64,000 bases of DNA. Source: Macrostomum lignano. Taxonomy: Eukaryota. How positions within the stretch are numbered: position 1 is the first letter of the stretch; each line of letters starts with the position of its first letter. The position numbers were made by a program, and so were the translations under genes. This document shows positions 25,810 to 37,905 of the stretch, in pieces. The notes below the pieces were generated by a model that was not told the DNA's origin, ran no database searches, and saw only the letters and a list, made by a program, of their open reading frames with translations. The stretch spans positions 310,001 through 374,000 of the forward strand of contig NIVC01000001.1 in NCBI GenBank assembly GCA_002269645.1, in the 5' to 3' direction.

Positions 25810-27115
25810 CACACATAAGTCCGACACAAATTTACATAAGTCAGACACGAATCCACATAAGTCCGACACAAATCCACATAAGTCCGACACAAATCCACAT
25901 AAGTCAGACACGAATCCACATGAGTCAGACACGAATCCACACATAAGTCAGACACGAATCCACATGAGTCAGACACGAATCCACACATAAGTCAGACACG
26001 AATCCACATGAGTCAGACACGAATCCACACATAAGTCCGATACGAATCCACATGAGTCAGAAACGAATCCACATGAGTCAGACACAAATCCACATAAACC
26101 AGACACAAATCCGCATAAGTCAGACACAAATCCACATAAGTCAGACACAAATCCACATCATTCAGACACGAATCCACATAAGTCCGACACGAATCCACAT
26201 GAGTCAGAAACGAATCCACATTAGTCAGACACAAATCCACATGAGTCAGACACAAATCCATATAAGTCAGACACAAATCCACATGAGTCAGAAACGAATC
26301 CACATGAGTCAGAAACGAATCCACATGAGTCAGACACAAATCCACATTAGTCAGACACAAATCCACATGAGTCAGACACAAATCCACATGAGTCAGACAC
26401 AAATCCACATGAGTCAGACACAAATCCACATTAGTCAGACACAAATCCACATGAGTCAGACACAAATCCACATGAGTCAGACACAAATCCACATGAGTCA
26501 GACACAAATCCACATGAGTCAGAAACGAATCCACATAAGTCCGACACGAATCCACATTAGTCAGAAACGAATTCACACATAAGTCAGACACAAATCCACA
26601 TGAGTCAGACACAAATCCACATTAGTCAGACACAAATCCACATGAGTCAGACACGAATCCACATAAGTCAGACACAAATCCACATCATTCAGACACGAAT
26701 CCACATAAATCAGACACAAATCCACATCATTCAGACACGAATCCACATAAGTCAGACACGAATCCACATAAGTCAGACACAAATCCACATCATTCAGACA
26801 CGAATCCACATCATTCAGACACGAATCCACATGAGTCAGACACGAATCCACATAAATCAGACACAAATCCACATCATTCAGACACAAATCCACATAAGTC
26901 AGACACAAATCCACATGAGTCAGAAACGAATCCACATGAGTCAGACACAAATCCACATGAGTCATAAACGAATCCACATAAGTCAGACACAAATCCACAT
27001 AAGTCCGACACGAATCCACATTAGTCAGAAACGAATCCACATGAGTCAGACACAAATCCACATGAGTCAGACACGAATCCACATGAGTCAGAAACGAATC
27101 CACAAAAGTCAGACT
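25810..27115. repeat. Minisatellite, 21-bp unit
   Basis: GTCAGACAC[A/G]AATCCACAT[G/A]A. Confidence 0.97.
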
Positions 27116-27699
27116 GATTTGCAGCAAGAGAAAATAAGAGAAATACTGCAGTAACAACTGATACTAAAAAGCAAGCGAGCTGCATTGCTAAATACGCAGT
27201 ATTCTGACTCTGTCAGGTTTGCATGTTTTGATTTTTACGTCGCCGAAGAGCCTGCAGAGCTCCTAGAGGCAGAAATTTGCAGCCAGGAGGATTCTTCAGA
27301 TTGCGTGCAGCGGCTCCGCTTTCCTTTTCCTCTATCAATTCTGAATAGTATTTAGCTCTCTAGCCGCATCTTGCACAGCATCCCGGCCGGCCCACGCAGT
27401 CATAAATTAAACTGGATTGCCGTGGCTCCGCCAAGCTGCGTCAGGAGTGCAATGCTTGAAGGGGTTTCAAGTTGACAGGCGCAGAGATAAGGTATGGAAG
27501 CGAAGTCTGCATTATACAGCACGGATCGGCGGAATCAAAGAAGAATTTCGCTTCCCAGAAATCCTCAGATCACCTCTTACTGTCTTTAGCCCATCCTGGA
27601 TGGTAAAACATGTTTTCGGTCAGAATTGTAAAGGCGGTAATTACCATGGCTGAAGACTGAAGCCAACTTGGAGCAAGCGTATTTAATTTAATCCACTTC

Positions 27700-28200
27700 C
27701 TCCGCTAACTCCACTGCCAACTGCCAACTCTACTGCCAACTCCACTGCCAACTGCCAATTCCACTGCCAACTGCCAACTCCACTGCCAACTGCCAATTCC
27801 ACTGCCAACTCCACTGCCAACTGCCAACTCCACTGCCAACTGCCAACTCCACTGCCAACTGCCAATTCCACTGCCAACTCCACTACCAACTGCCAACTCC
27901 ACTGCCAACTGCCAACTCCACTGCCAACTCCACTGCCAACTGCCAACTCTACTGCCAACTGCCAACTCCACTGCCAACTGCCAACTCTACTGCCAACTCC
28001 ACTGCCAACTCCACTGCCAACTGCCAACTCCACTGCCAACTCCACTGCCAACTGCCAACTCCACTACCAACTGCCAACTCCACTGCCAACTGCCAACTCC
28101 ACTGCCAACTGCCAACTCCACTGCCAACTGCCAACTCCACTGCCAACTCCACTGCCAACTCCACTGCCAACTCCACTGCCAACTCCACTGCCAACTGCAC
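27700..28200. repeat. Compound 7/12-bp repeat (ACTGCCA / ACTCCACTGCCA)
   Basis: Direct read. Confidence 0.93.
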
Positions 28201-28721
28201 TCCCACTAGCCTTTGTCCACTCCAAAATCCTATTCTCATTTTTGCCGAAAATTTCTTGAGGATTTTCCAGTTTTGAGCTGGGGGCATTGATTTAGCAGAG
28301 CTCAGTGCCATCAAAAATGTGTCCCATTGAAGCCTTCCCGCTCTCTTTCCACCTTGGCCGTCTCAGTCCGTATCTCATTACCTGACTAATCGATGGTTTT
28401 GATACTTCGAACAGATTCTGAGCGGGGATCGCTTGGCCCTCTCGTCTTGTCCACCCACTTGTGCGGTGAGCAGCTCCTCAGCTCCTTAGCCAGGGCTTCA
28501 TCAGAACTCTACAGCACTGGATTACTTATTATCTCTTGGGCTCCGCATCCTGCTCCACTTTCTTAACAGGCGCAGGTCTTCCCTAGCAACCGTAATTCAG
28601 TGTTACAGTGAGTTACAGTGTTTATCCAAGACTATCTAAGTTTATCTAAGTTTATCTAAGTTTATCTAAGATAGACCAAGGTGCTAGTAAATAGTTGTTT
28701 TGAATTAACTTATGAAACACA

Positions 28722-29330
28722 TAGGCTAGATTAGCAATCCATTCCATTCCTGCACCCTTGTGGGCTAGATTAGCAATCCGTTCTATTCCTGCATCCTTGT
28801 GGGCTAGATTAGCAATCCATTCTACTCCTGCATCCTTGTGGGCTAGATTAGCAATCCATTCTATTCCTGCATCCTTGTGGGCTAGATTAGTAATCCATTC
28901 TATTCCTGCATCATTGTGGGCTAGATTAGCAATCCATTCTATTCCTACATCCTTGTGGGCTAGATTAGCAATCCATTCTATTCCTACATCCTTGTGGGCT
29001 AGATTAGCAGTCCATTCTATTCCTACATCCTTGTGGGCTAGATTAGCAATCCATTCTATTCCTGCATCCTTGTGGGCTAGATTAGCAATCCATTCTATTC
29101 CTACATCCTTGTGGGCTAGATTAGCAGTCCATTCTATTCCTACATCCTTGTGGGCTAGATTAGCAATCCATTCTATTCCTACATCCTTGTGGGCTAGATT
29201 AGCAATCCATTCTATTCCTACATCCTTGTGGGCTAGATTAGCAATCCATTCTATTCCTGCATCCTTGTGGGCTAGATTAGCAATCCATTCTATTCCTACA
29301 TCCTTGTGGGCTAGATTAGCAGTCCATATC
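28722..29330. repeat. Minisatellite, 39-bp unit (same family as 48125-48880)
   Basis: GGGCTAGATTAGCAATCCATTCTATTCCTGCATCCTTGT. Confidence 0.97.
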
Positions 29331-30529
29331 CCACATGCAGAGGTCAGTTCAATCTATAATTTCTAGTGACTTTCTGTCTCGACTGTCTCCTTAACTTGAA
29401 CTGCTTTGGTTGGAAGCGAAAGAGCAGTGCCTGTCATATATTGGCATTTTGGCCGATTGAAGATCCGAATTCACAGGATCAGAACTCAAGTGAAAAGTCG
29501 TGTGACATCTGTGGCAGTTTTATTTTTTAAATACAGTTGCTAAGCCTTTGGAAGGCCGAAGCCGCAGCCAGCGAGATAATTGGCCTCTCGCAGTCGAGCC
29601 CAAAGTGCAGCACAGCCGCCATCTGCTTGACAAAAAAGGCAAAAACCGCACGGAAATCAAATTATGACATTTAGCCGCCATCAGGCCCAAGAGAAATTGC
29701 CATTGCGTGCAGAAAACCAGCCCTTATCTATTCCCAAAGTGATGCTCACTTTCTGTTTTGAGCTGTTTTTTTTCAACCCATGTTTGGCTGGGACGCTGTA
29801 CACTACATGGCATGCATTATGTAGCGGTTTTTGATGTAGCAGTTTCAGCTTGAATTGCCGTCGGCCATTAAGGAGGTTGATTGGTACAGCTTCAAAGATA
29901 TTGGAACAGTGTATATTTATTTTTCAGCTTGCAGAATTTTCAAATAATCATTCTTGTAAATTCGTATTTCGAACCCTACATTTGTCCACCCCCGACTTTG
30001 CGACTCTCCCTCCCACTCACATCGGTAAACGCGTGTCCCCAATTCATCAAGGATGATATTGCTGCAGACACCGGATATGCATTTGTCGTGCAGTACAGCC
30101 TGAATACTGGACTGGTGGTTGAATGAGACTGACAGACGGCAGTCAGCTGCTATGCTGAATTGCAGTGTTCCACTACAGCGCCGCTATTGATAAACTTTGA
30201 TTGATCTGATCGATAGCCGAGTTCTAATGCTTTAGCATGTTGTTGGAATTTGTACATGCAAATCTTAGAAAGGTCAGTGCGGTTCTAGGAAGAGTTGGAG
30301 ATGATTGAATGCGCAGCCAGATGAGGCATGCGAGCCGCTGGGCCGATCTTAGGCATGACGGCAGTTAGATAGCGTTTAAATTGATGCGTCCTGCTTTGAA
30401 TCTGATTTTTTAATATCTAGGTGCAACAATCAGTTATAATTAGTGTAATAAATTTAGCTATTTGTCAGGAAGGGAGTAAAGGTGGTCATGAAGAAAATAT
30501 AGTATAGGTCATGGAGGCAGTAGGGTCTA

Positions 30530-30720
30530 CAGGAAATTAGGGAGGGTCTAAAGGAAGTCATGGAGGGTCTAAAGGAAATCAAGGAGGGTCCAAGGGAAGT
30601 CAAGGAAGTCTAAAGGACGTCATGGAGGGTATAAAGCAAGCCAGGGAGGGTATAAAGGGGTCAGAGAGTGAGTGGTATAAAGGGGTAAACGAAGTCAGGG
30701 AGGTGTAAGGGAGGTCTACC
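30530..30720. repeat. Degenerate purine-rich ~20-bp repeat
   Basis: GGAGGGTCTAAAGGAAGTCA-like units. Confidence 0.7.
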
Positions 30721-30965
30721 AATTGTTTCTGTAGCGCTTTCCTCGACGGGAAGTGGTGTGTTGCCGCTGACTACTGACTGACTGTTAGATTTTAACTCAC
30801 CTTGTGCCCTGAAATCCGCGCCAAGCGTACTCGCGTACATCATGCACTTTCTATTTCAACTTTCAACAATAGCTCAAAAATCATTTTGAATGAAAATATA
30901 ACAAATCAGCAAATATAACAGTTCACTGTGTTGTCGCTCTAACTAAAACAAGTTTTCCCGGCGTC

Positions 30966-31585
30966 GCGTCAAGAACGATTGAAGGTCGTGCAGCTCGCGT
31001 CAAGAACGATTGAAGGTCGTGCAGCTCGCGCCAAGAACGATTGAAGGTCGTGCAGCTCGCGTCAAGAACGATTGAAGCTCGTGCAGCTCGCGTCAAGAAC
31101 AATTGAAGCTCGTGCAGCTCGCGTCAAGAACGATCGAAGGTCGTGCAGCTCGCGTCAAGAACGATTGAAGGTCGTGCAGCTCGCGTCAAGAACGATTGAA
31201 GGTCGTGCAGCTCGCGTCAAGAACGATTGAAGGTCGTGCAGCTCGCGTCAAGAACGATTGAAGCTCGTGCAGCTCGCGTCAAGAGCAATTGAAGCTCGTG
31301 CAGCTCGCGTCAAGAACAATTGAAGCTCGTGCAGCTCGCGTCAAGAACAATTGAAGCTCGTGCAGATCGCGTCAAGAGCAATTGAAGCTCGTGCAGCTCG
31401 CGTCAAGAACGATTGAAGGTCGTGCAGCTCGCGTCAAGAACGATTGAAGCTCGTGCAGCTCGCGTCAAGAGCAATTGAAGCTCGTGCAGCTCGCGTCAAG
31501 AACAATTGAAGCTCGTGCAGCTCGCGTCAAGAACAATTGAAGCTCGTGCAGATCGCGTCAAGAGCAATTGAAGCTCGTGTAGATG
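30966..31585. repeat. Minisatellite, 31-bp unit
   Basis: GCGTCAAGAACGATTGAAGGTCGTGCAGCTC. Confidence 0.97.
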
Positions 31586-32694
31586 CGCGTAGAAACTGGA
31601 CAAGCTGTGGTGGTCATTGATGAATGGATTTGACCACCGTAGCAACCAGCGGTGTGAGGGGAGCTGTAGAACCGGCATCTGTTTGTCTGTGGTGTCTGCA
31701 GGGGTGCCGGGAGATCCATGTAAGCTGGACGGTGCTGTACATTGACGTGTGTACGAGATGAAAAATTCCCCTGATTAATCAGTTTCAATAAAGTCCTCAA
31801 CTGGGTAATTACTCTTGCTTCAATTGGTTTCACGCAGAGATTTTAGGTCTATCGAATCTCCAAAGAGATTCATCCCCAGCTATGAGCTGCGGCGCCATCA
31901 ATAGGCCTGGTAACATTATAGCGACATCATTACAGTGCGGCACGTATCTTTGATATTTGATTTTCTGTAGGTTGTTCTTGATCTCTTTCCTCCCTCAGCA
32001 TCTGTTAGCTATCAGATGGGCTGAGCCAACTTAAATATATGTTAAAGAAATATCCAACAAAGTAATATCCAACAAAGCCATCCCAGGAACGAATGAGCTA
32101 TTCTCTAGTGTTGACTAGATTGCTTATACTCGTATTGATAGAATTATAACGATAGAAAAAAGTTTTTGACTTATCCAGTGCCACATATGGTAGAGCAGAT
32201 CGGAGATGGGTCAAGTGTGTGGGGAGAAAGTTAGAAAAGAGTTGATGAATCTCATCACAGACAGTTTTAGTTCAAGACATGGACGGATTGTTAGACCAGT
32301 TCCTGCCGTCATTCAACGTGTCTCCACATGCGCCACAAGTCATTCCCGATCTGTCTCTCCGAGTTTCTGCTGCATCTGCTGAAAAGTCAAATCTATTCAA
32401 ATCTAATGACGTCCATTTTTTTCATTTATAACTAAATTACCAAAAATGGACCATGAAATTTGGAAGTTTGTGCAGTTAATTGCTGCTGACCTACGGTAAA
32501 CGCAGCTGAGCTATCAAAGCGTGGGACACGTGTTCACTTAGGAAACCAATTAAGCTACTCTACTAATGACCACGAAATCGCCAAATGGATTTGATCACAG
32601 CCGCCTGATCTGGTAAGCAAACATACGTGAGTGGTTGGGGCACTTAGCAACGGCACTGCCTATTTTATTTGTTTGAACAGATGAAGCAGAGCAC

Positions 32695-32700
32695 TATAAA
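32695..32700 (+). promoter_or_regulatory. TATA box of the heptad-protein gene
   Basis: TATAAA 80 bp upstream of the ATG. Confidence 0.4.
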
Positions 32701-32774
32701 TGAAAGCCTAAAATGCTGTCAAATCTGCAATTTCTTGCGTAGATTTCGACAACCATTTGAAAAATTCTCCAGAC

Positions 32775-33818
32775 ATGAAAGCCGCCGCACTGCTTTGCTG
32801 CCTGCTAGGCTTCACACTTGTGGCCTCTGGGCAGGGCCGGTACACCAGCTACGTTTCCTACCTGCCGTCGGCTAGTTGCTATCCGAGCCACTATGGTAGC
32901 TCTTATCGGAGCTCTTCTAGCTGGACCACCCACTACAGCTCCTACCGTCCAAGCTACAGCTCCTACCGTCCAAGCTACAGCTCCTACTACCCGAGCTACA
33001 GCTCCTACCGTCCAAGCTACAGCTCCTACTACCCGAGCTACAGCTCCTACCGTCCAAGCTACAGCTCCTACTACCCGAGCTACAGCTCCTACCGTCCAAG
33101 CTACAGCTCCTACCGTCCAAGCTACAGCTCCTACTACCCGAGCTACAGCTCCTACCGTCCAAGCTACAGCTCCTACTACCCGAGCTACAGCTCCTACCGT
33201 CCAAGCTACAGCTCCTACCGTCCAAGCTACAGCTCCTACTACCCGAGCTACAGCTCCTACCGTCCAAGCTACAGCTCCTACTACCCGAGCTACAGCTCCT
33301 ACCGTCCAAGCTACAGCTCCTACTACCCGAGCTACAGCTCCTATCGTCCAAGCTACAGCTCCTACTACCCGAGCTACAGCTCCTACCGTCCAAGCTACAG
33401 CTCCTACCGTCCAAGCTACAGCTCCTACTACCCGAGCTACAGCTCCTACCGTCCAAGCTACAGCTCCTACTACCCGAGCTACAGCTCCTACCGTCCAAGC
33501 TACAGCTCCTACCGTCCAAGCTACAGCTCCTACTACCCGAGCTACAGCTCCTACCGTCCAAGCTACAGCTCCTACTACCCGAGCTACAGCTCCTACCGTC
33601 CAAGCTACAGCTCCTACTACCCGAGCTACAGCTCCTACTACCCGAGCTACAGCTCCTACCGTCCAAGCTACAGCTCCTACTACCCGAGCTACAGCTCCTA
33701 CTACCCGAGCTACAGCTCCTACCGTCCAAGCTACAGCTCCTACTACCCGAGCTACAGCTCCTACTACCCGAGCTACAGCTCCTACCGTCCAAGCTACAGC
33801 TCCTACCGTCGTTACTAG
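32775..33818 (+). CDS. Secreted Tyr/Ser-rich tandem-heptad protein (YSSYRPS/YSSYYPS x41), 347 aa, unknown function
   Basis: ATG at 32775 (the ORF track starts at an upstream TTG). Signal peptide MKAAALLCCLLGFTLVASG, then a non-repetitive Tyr/Ser-rich linker of the same composition, a 21-bp repeat over 32934-33809, and a TAG stop right after the array. Confidence 0.8.
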   Translation: MKAAALLCCLLGFTLVASGQGRYTSYVSYLPSASCYPSHYGSSYRSSSSWTTHYSSYRPSYSSYRPSYSSYYPSYSSYRPSYSSYYPSYSSYRPSYSSYYPSYSSYRPSYSSYRPSYSSYYPSYSSYRPSYSSYYPSYSSYRPSYSSYRPSYSSYYPSYSSYRPSYSSYYPSYSSYRPSYSSYYPSYSSYRPSYSSYYPSYSSYRPSYSSYRPSYSSYYPSYSSYRPSYSSYYPSYSSYRPSYSSYRPSYSSYYPSYSSYRPSYSSYYPSYSSYRPSYSSYYPSYSSYYPSYSSYRPSYSSYYPSYSSYYPSYSSYRPSYSSYYPSYSSYYPSYSSYRPSYSSYRRY

Positions 33819-34664
33819 ACGACTACTGGTCATTCCATCTGCCATGCAAGGATTTCGTCGACTGAACACGGTTAAGGCGGTGTTGGATGAAAAAACTGTC
33901 AATCTATCGATAAAAAACGCTACAATCTTTGCGCTCTGCCACAAAAAGTTCAACTAGGAACCATCAGCAAAAATATAATAAGCTTGTGCGGCCATTGTTT
34001 GAGATCAGATAACACTACAGATGCATGACACATTTCTGTCTGATTCTTTTATTTATTCAAGTTGTCATTCACAATATTAGAAGAAATTTACAGGATATAG
34101 ACGAAAAGCTATAAAGCATTTCTGTTTTATCCGTACTGAGATTCCGAGAAACTAAAAAAGATACTAGCCATGATAAAGTTCCATGATAAAAGTTAAAAAA
34201 TGTCCACTTAATCTTCAATTGCTCGGGAAAAGCTTAAATTTGAATTTTCCATAGTTCGTCAAGACTACTTGCAGTAGAATATTCTGACCTCTATACTTTC
34301 CTGGTACTCAGGCATTTCGACAGTAAAAAAAACAATGAATTTGAAAACAATCTCTGAATTAAAAAATTCTTGCAAAATAATCTGGGCCTTCTTATTTATT
34401 TATTTATCGGTGATTAAATGTAAAATACATTTCTGAGAGGCGCATGGCCTCACATCTTGTGTCACTGCAGCGACATCAAGGAGGTTAGCATTGCACAGAC
34501 ACTGGACACTCTACTGCATGAAAAATACGAGTGGGTGATCGACAGTAAAAACTGAGGAGAAACCGAGTGCAGAGGCATTCAAAAGCTGCTACTGTATGCC
34601 AGAGAGGCTGCTATGGTCGCCTCTCTTCTGTTGGGAAACTCTGCAGGGAAAGAAGTCTCAGGAG

Positions 34665-35600
34665 CTACAGTTGCTCCCGCACGTGACGTCCTGAGCGACG
34701 TCCAGGCGCTACCGAAGTCGGCATCAGCGGCCTGCCGCCGCCAAGGCAGCCTGGCAGGGAGGCCCGAATCACCTGCTGAGCCTGATGCGGCTCCGTTGTC
34801 ACCTGGTGATGCATCGAGCCAGCGGGAGCCAGGCAGGACGACTGTTGGCTGGCCTTGGAGCACTGGCACGACTCGCACTGGCCACAGCCGACCAGCTCCA
34901 GCATCAGGTTCAGCCGGCTGACCACCACCTGCTGGAAATCGTTACTGCTGTTGGTGTGGTGCTGCTGGTGCTGAGGCTGAGGCTCAGAGAAGCTGGCATC
35001 CGGGCCCTGATCCCCAGACGAGAGCATCGGGATGCTGGAGTTCAACTTAGTGCTTGATGAGAAGACTGTCGGCTGGTATTCAGTCGTCATCTTGCCAACG
35101 CGCTGGTGCTGCTGAGGTAGCTGCTGCTGACGGCAGAACTCAGCTGCCTCTTGCTGCATCATGGACGGCACCTGCGGCAGTCGCTGCTGCTGCTGACGAC
35201 GCGACTGCGGCTTGCCGTTGGCTGTGACGGTGGGGCTGCGGCCGTACAGGGTGCTTTGAGGCTCGTCGAACTGAGCGCTTAGTGCAGTCGGATCGGCCCG
35301 GTTTCTGCCGGTAGTGGTCTGCGGTTGCTGCATACAGGTGTCTGGAACCGGAACCTTGCACGATCGCTGACTCTGCTTGTGTGCGCAACCCATGCTGGCC
35401 TTATTGGGTCTCTGCGGCTTCTGCTGCTGAATTTGCATCTCCATTTGCAGTTGCTGCTGCCTGCTGCGAGACTGTTTGCCGCCAGTGGCTCTGGGCTGGG
35501 GACTCTGATCGTACATGGAAATCTGCTGCTGCTGATGGAGGCGGCTGTTCCCACAGCTCCTGATGGCATCTTCTGAGACATTCGGATGTCGCTTCGGAAC
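34665..35600 (-). CDS. Gln/Ser-rich low-complexity protein, exon 2 (about 457 aa total)
   Basis: 86-nt intron ending TTCTGCAG|GTT joins in frame to the 34665-35516 ORF. CAG-rich codon usage like neighbouring genes; the true 3' end could be spliced earlier. Confidence 0.65.
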   Translation of the reverse strand, partial: VPKRHPNVSEDAIRSCGNSRLHQQQQISMYDQSPQPRATGGKQSRSRQQQLQMEMQIQQQKPQRPNKASMGCAHKQSQRSCKVPVPDTCMQQPQTTTGRNRADPTALSAQFDEPQSTLYGRSPTVTANGKPQSRRQQQQRLPQVPSMMQQEAAEFCRQQQLPQQHQRVGKMTTEYQPTVFSSSTKLNSSIPMLSSGDQGPDASFSEPQPQHQQHHTNSSNDFQQVVVSRLNLMLELVGCGQCESCQCSKASQQSSCLAPAGSMHHQVTTEPHQAQQVIRASLPGCLGGGRPLMPTSVAPGRRSGRHVREQL

Positions 35601-35686
35601 CTGCAGAAGTTAGGTTAGAGGTTAGGAGCACAGATACTTCAAGCTTCAGTGTAAATGCAAACTGCATCTGATTTACACGTACTTAC

Positions 35687-36124
35687 CCGAACTTCTAGTG
35701 GAGGATTCTCCAGTGAGCTGCAGTCGCTCTCTTCATTTGAAGACGGTCCTATTGGGTCATTGGCGCTGACGTACTCGACTGGAACTTTACTGCAGGTTCG
35801 CTGCGTTTGCTGGGCTTGCATATCGGATGGCTGCTGCTGATGCATCCTTGACAACGCGGTCTGTCTCTGGTGGAACTGCTGCTGCCACTGCTGAGGCTGT
35901 TGCTGTTTCTGCTGCAGATGTTGGCGCCTGCAGCTGGAAGTGACAACTGATGCCGACTTCTTCGATTTGTAGATCTTTTGAGGCTCCATACTGTACTGAT
36001 CGCCGCTATCCATCGGCCTCATCGGAGGCTGGTAGCTGCTGTCTTCGTCATCGTAGGCATCGTCATCCATCGGGCTGGCACAGTGGTATTGCTGATGCGT
36101 CATCGGCGACATTGATGGCTGCAT
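35687..36124 (-). CDS. Gln/Ser-rich low-complexity protein, exon 1
   Basis: CACCATGC start; 146 codons; donor CGG|GTAAGT, phase 0. Confidence 0.7.
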
Positions 36125-37584
36125 GGTGAGTTGCGCGATTGGGTGAGTTGCAGCTTTTTTGGAGAAAGACGAAAGCTAGCTATAAAGGCTATATCATTTT
36201 GCAAAATATAAGAGTTAACAGTAGATACGAGTACTTCGACGTATTTTCCATAGACATTAATTATTTTCTTGCTTTTGTTTATGTCCCTATGAATGCATGT
36301 AATGTAAGATCAAGCATTTTTCTATACATATACATCCTCACTTTGGCGCAAGCCAACTACTGTTAGAGAACTAACAAAGATCGACGGGTCTGCAGCTAAG
36401 AAGGCTGAAACGTCGAGGCACACGTAGCGCCTGAGGAATTGATGGATCGTTTTTGCCCGAATCTGCAGCATGGACGACTGTAGTATAATAGTGTAGTACA
36501 TGTTGGTCTTTTGGTCTGCAGCTGTATATATATTGGTATCATTTCGAACACACTCATATTTCTCCACACATAATTCGCTTTAAGCTCAAAGTTTCAGCTT
36601 AAACTTGTTCTCGTTACAAGTAAATAGCAGCTAGAAACGTAGAATTTCAAAGCTGACGTACTAGATAAAAGAAGCTTGTAAAATCTGATAAAAGAAGCTG
36701 CTTGCTGCTTCCTAAACATCTTAACTAAATTTTAGCTAATCAAAGCGTAACGTCTCTGTATCCAGACAAAGCTACCGCATATTAAATTCTATAGACCTCT
36801 AACAAATTTCGTTACAATACATAGCTGTATACAGGTAAAAAAAGACAACTTTTGTTGTACTTCCATTACTGTTTTTTTGCAGGCTTTCAACTTACACTGC
36901 TTCTTTGAAAATATGTTTGGTTGTTTAATGTTCGATTCGATCGGTCGATTAGGCCGACTCGAATACTCGCTGGCACTACTGACAGACAATTAATATACAC
37001 AGTTCGTAAATACTAACAGCACACTGGCAACATGTTTATAACTTCATACCACCGTCCGTCACTTCTATAGTGTGCCAAAATACTTTCGTAGAGGAATGTC
37101 TTTTAATATGAATGTACAAAAATATAATTGGGCCTACGCTAAGCAGCATAGTTCTTAGGCCCCTAGTCAATATTTTATATTAAATTAGTTTTTGAATTTT
37201 GTTTTTGTCTTTTATAAATATAATGTCAATCATAAAATTTATGATAAATGGCAAACTTTATCTCTAAACTAAATATATGATGATTTATTAGGAAAATTAA
37301 TAGTAGGGGCCTATTCTCGACCAAATACTATACTCCACTTACTCTAGATCATGTTGAGTCATTTTGAGTAAATGCTAGGGGGGGGCCAAACTAGATGGGT
37401 AAAATAGCTACTGGCCAAGGTAAGTTGCAAAATTGAAAATGCGAAAAACAAAAAATAGGGAGAAAAGAAAGGAGAGGAAGAAAAAAGGAAAAGAAAGGAG
37501 GGAGAGGAAAGAAAGAAGAGAAAGAAGAGAGAAAGAGAAAAAGAAAAAGGCAAGAAAAGTCATGTACAAAGTGAAAATTAAGTC

Positions 37585-37905
37585 GCAATCGGGAAGAACT
37601 AAGTTGCAATCAGGAGGAACTAAGTTGCAATCAGGAGGAACTAAGTTGCAATCAGGAGGAACTAAGTCGCAATCAGGAAGAACTAAGTTGCAATCAGGAG
37701 GAACAAAGTTGCAATCAGGAGGAACTAAGTCACAATCAGGAGGAACTAAGTCGTAATCAGGAGGAACTAAATCGTAATCAGGAGGAACTAAGTTGCAATC
37801 AGGAGGAACTAAGTTGCAATCAGGAGGAACTAAGTCGCAATCAGGAGGAACTAAGTTGCAATCAGGAGGAACAAAGTTGCAATCAGGAGGAACTAGTTGC
37901 AAATC
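37585..37905. repeat. Minisatellite, 21-bp unit
   Basis: GGAACTAAGTTGCAATCAGGA. Confidence 0.95.

Noticed and set aside
23424-27157. 739-aa SLSQ and ~190-aa SQTQIH ORFs
   Set aside because: Translations of simple and minisatellite repeats with no unique coding flanks.
32805-33957. Overlapping long ORFs over the heptad repeat (mucin-like TAPTVQA frame; antisense VGAVA and SCSSG frames)
   Set aside because: They are a by-product of a stop-free 21-bp unit. Only the YSSY frame has an ATG, a signal peptide, a compositionally matching linker and a stop at the array end.
37131-37167. GGGCCTA...TAGGCCC hairpin followed by CTAG (Helitron-like end)
   Set aside because: The hairpin abuts the CTAG instead of lying about 10 nt upstream, and no matching 5' TC end or repeat copy was seen.
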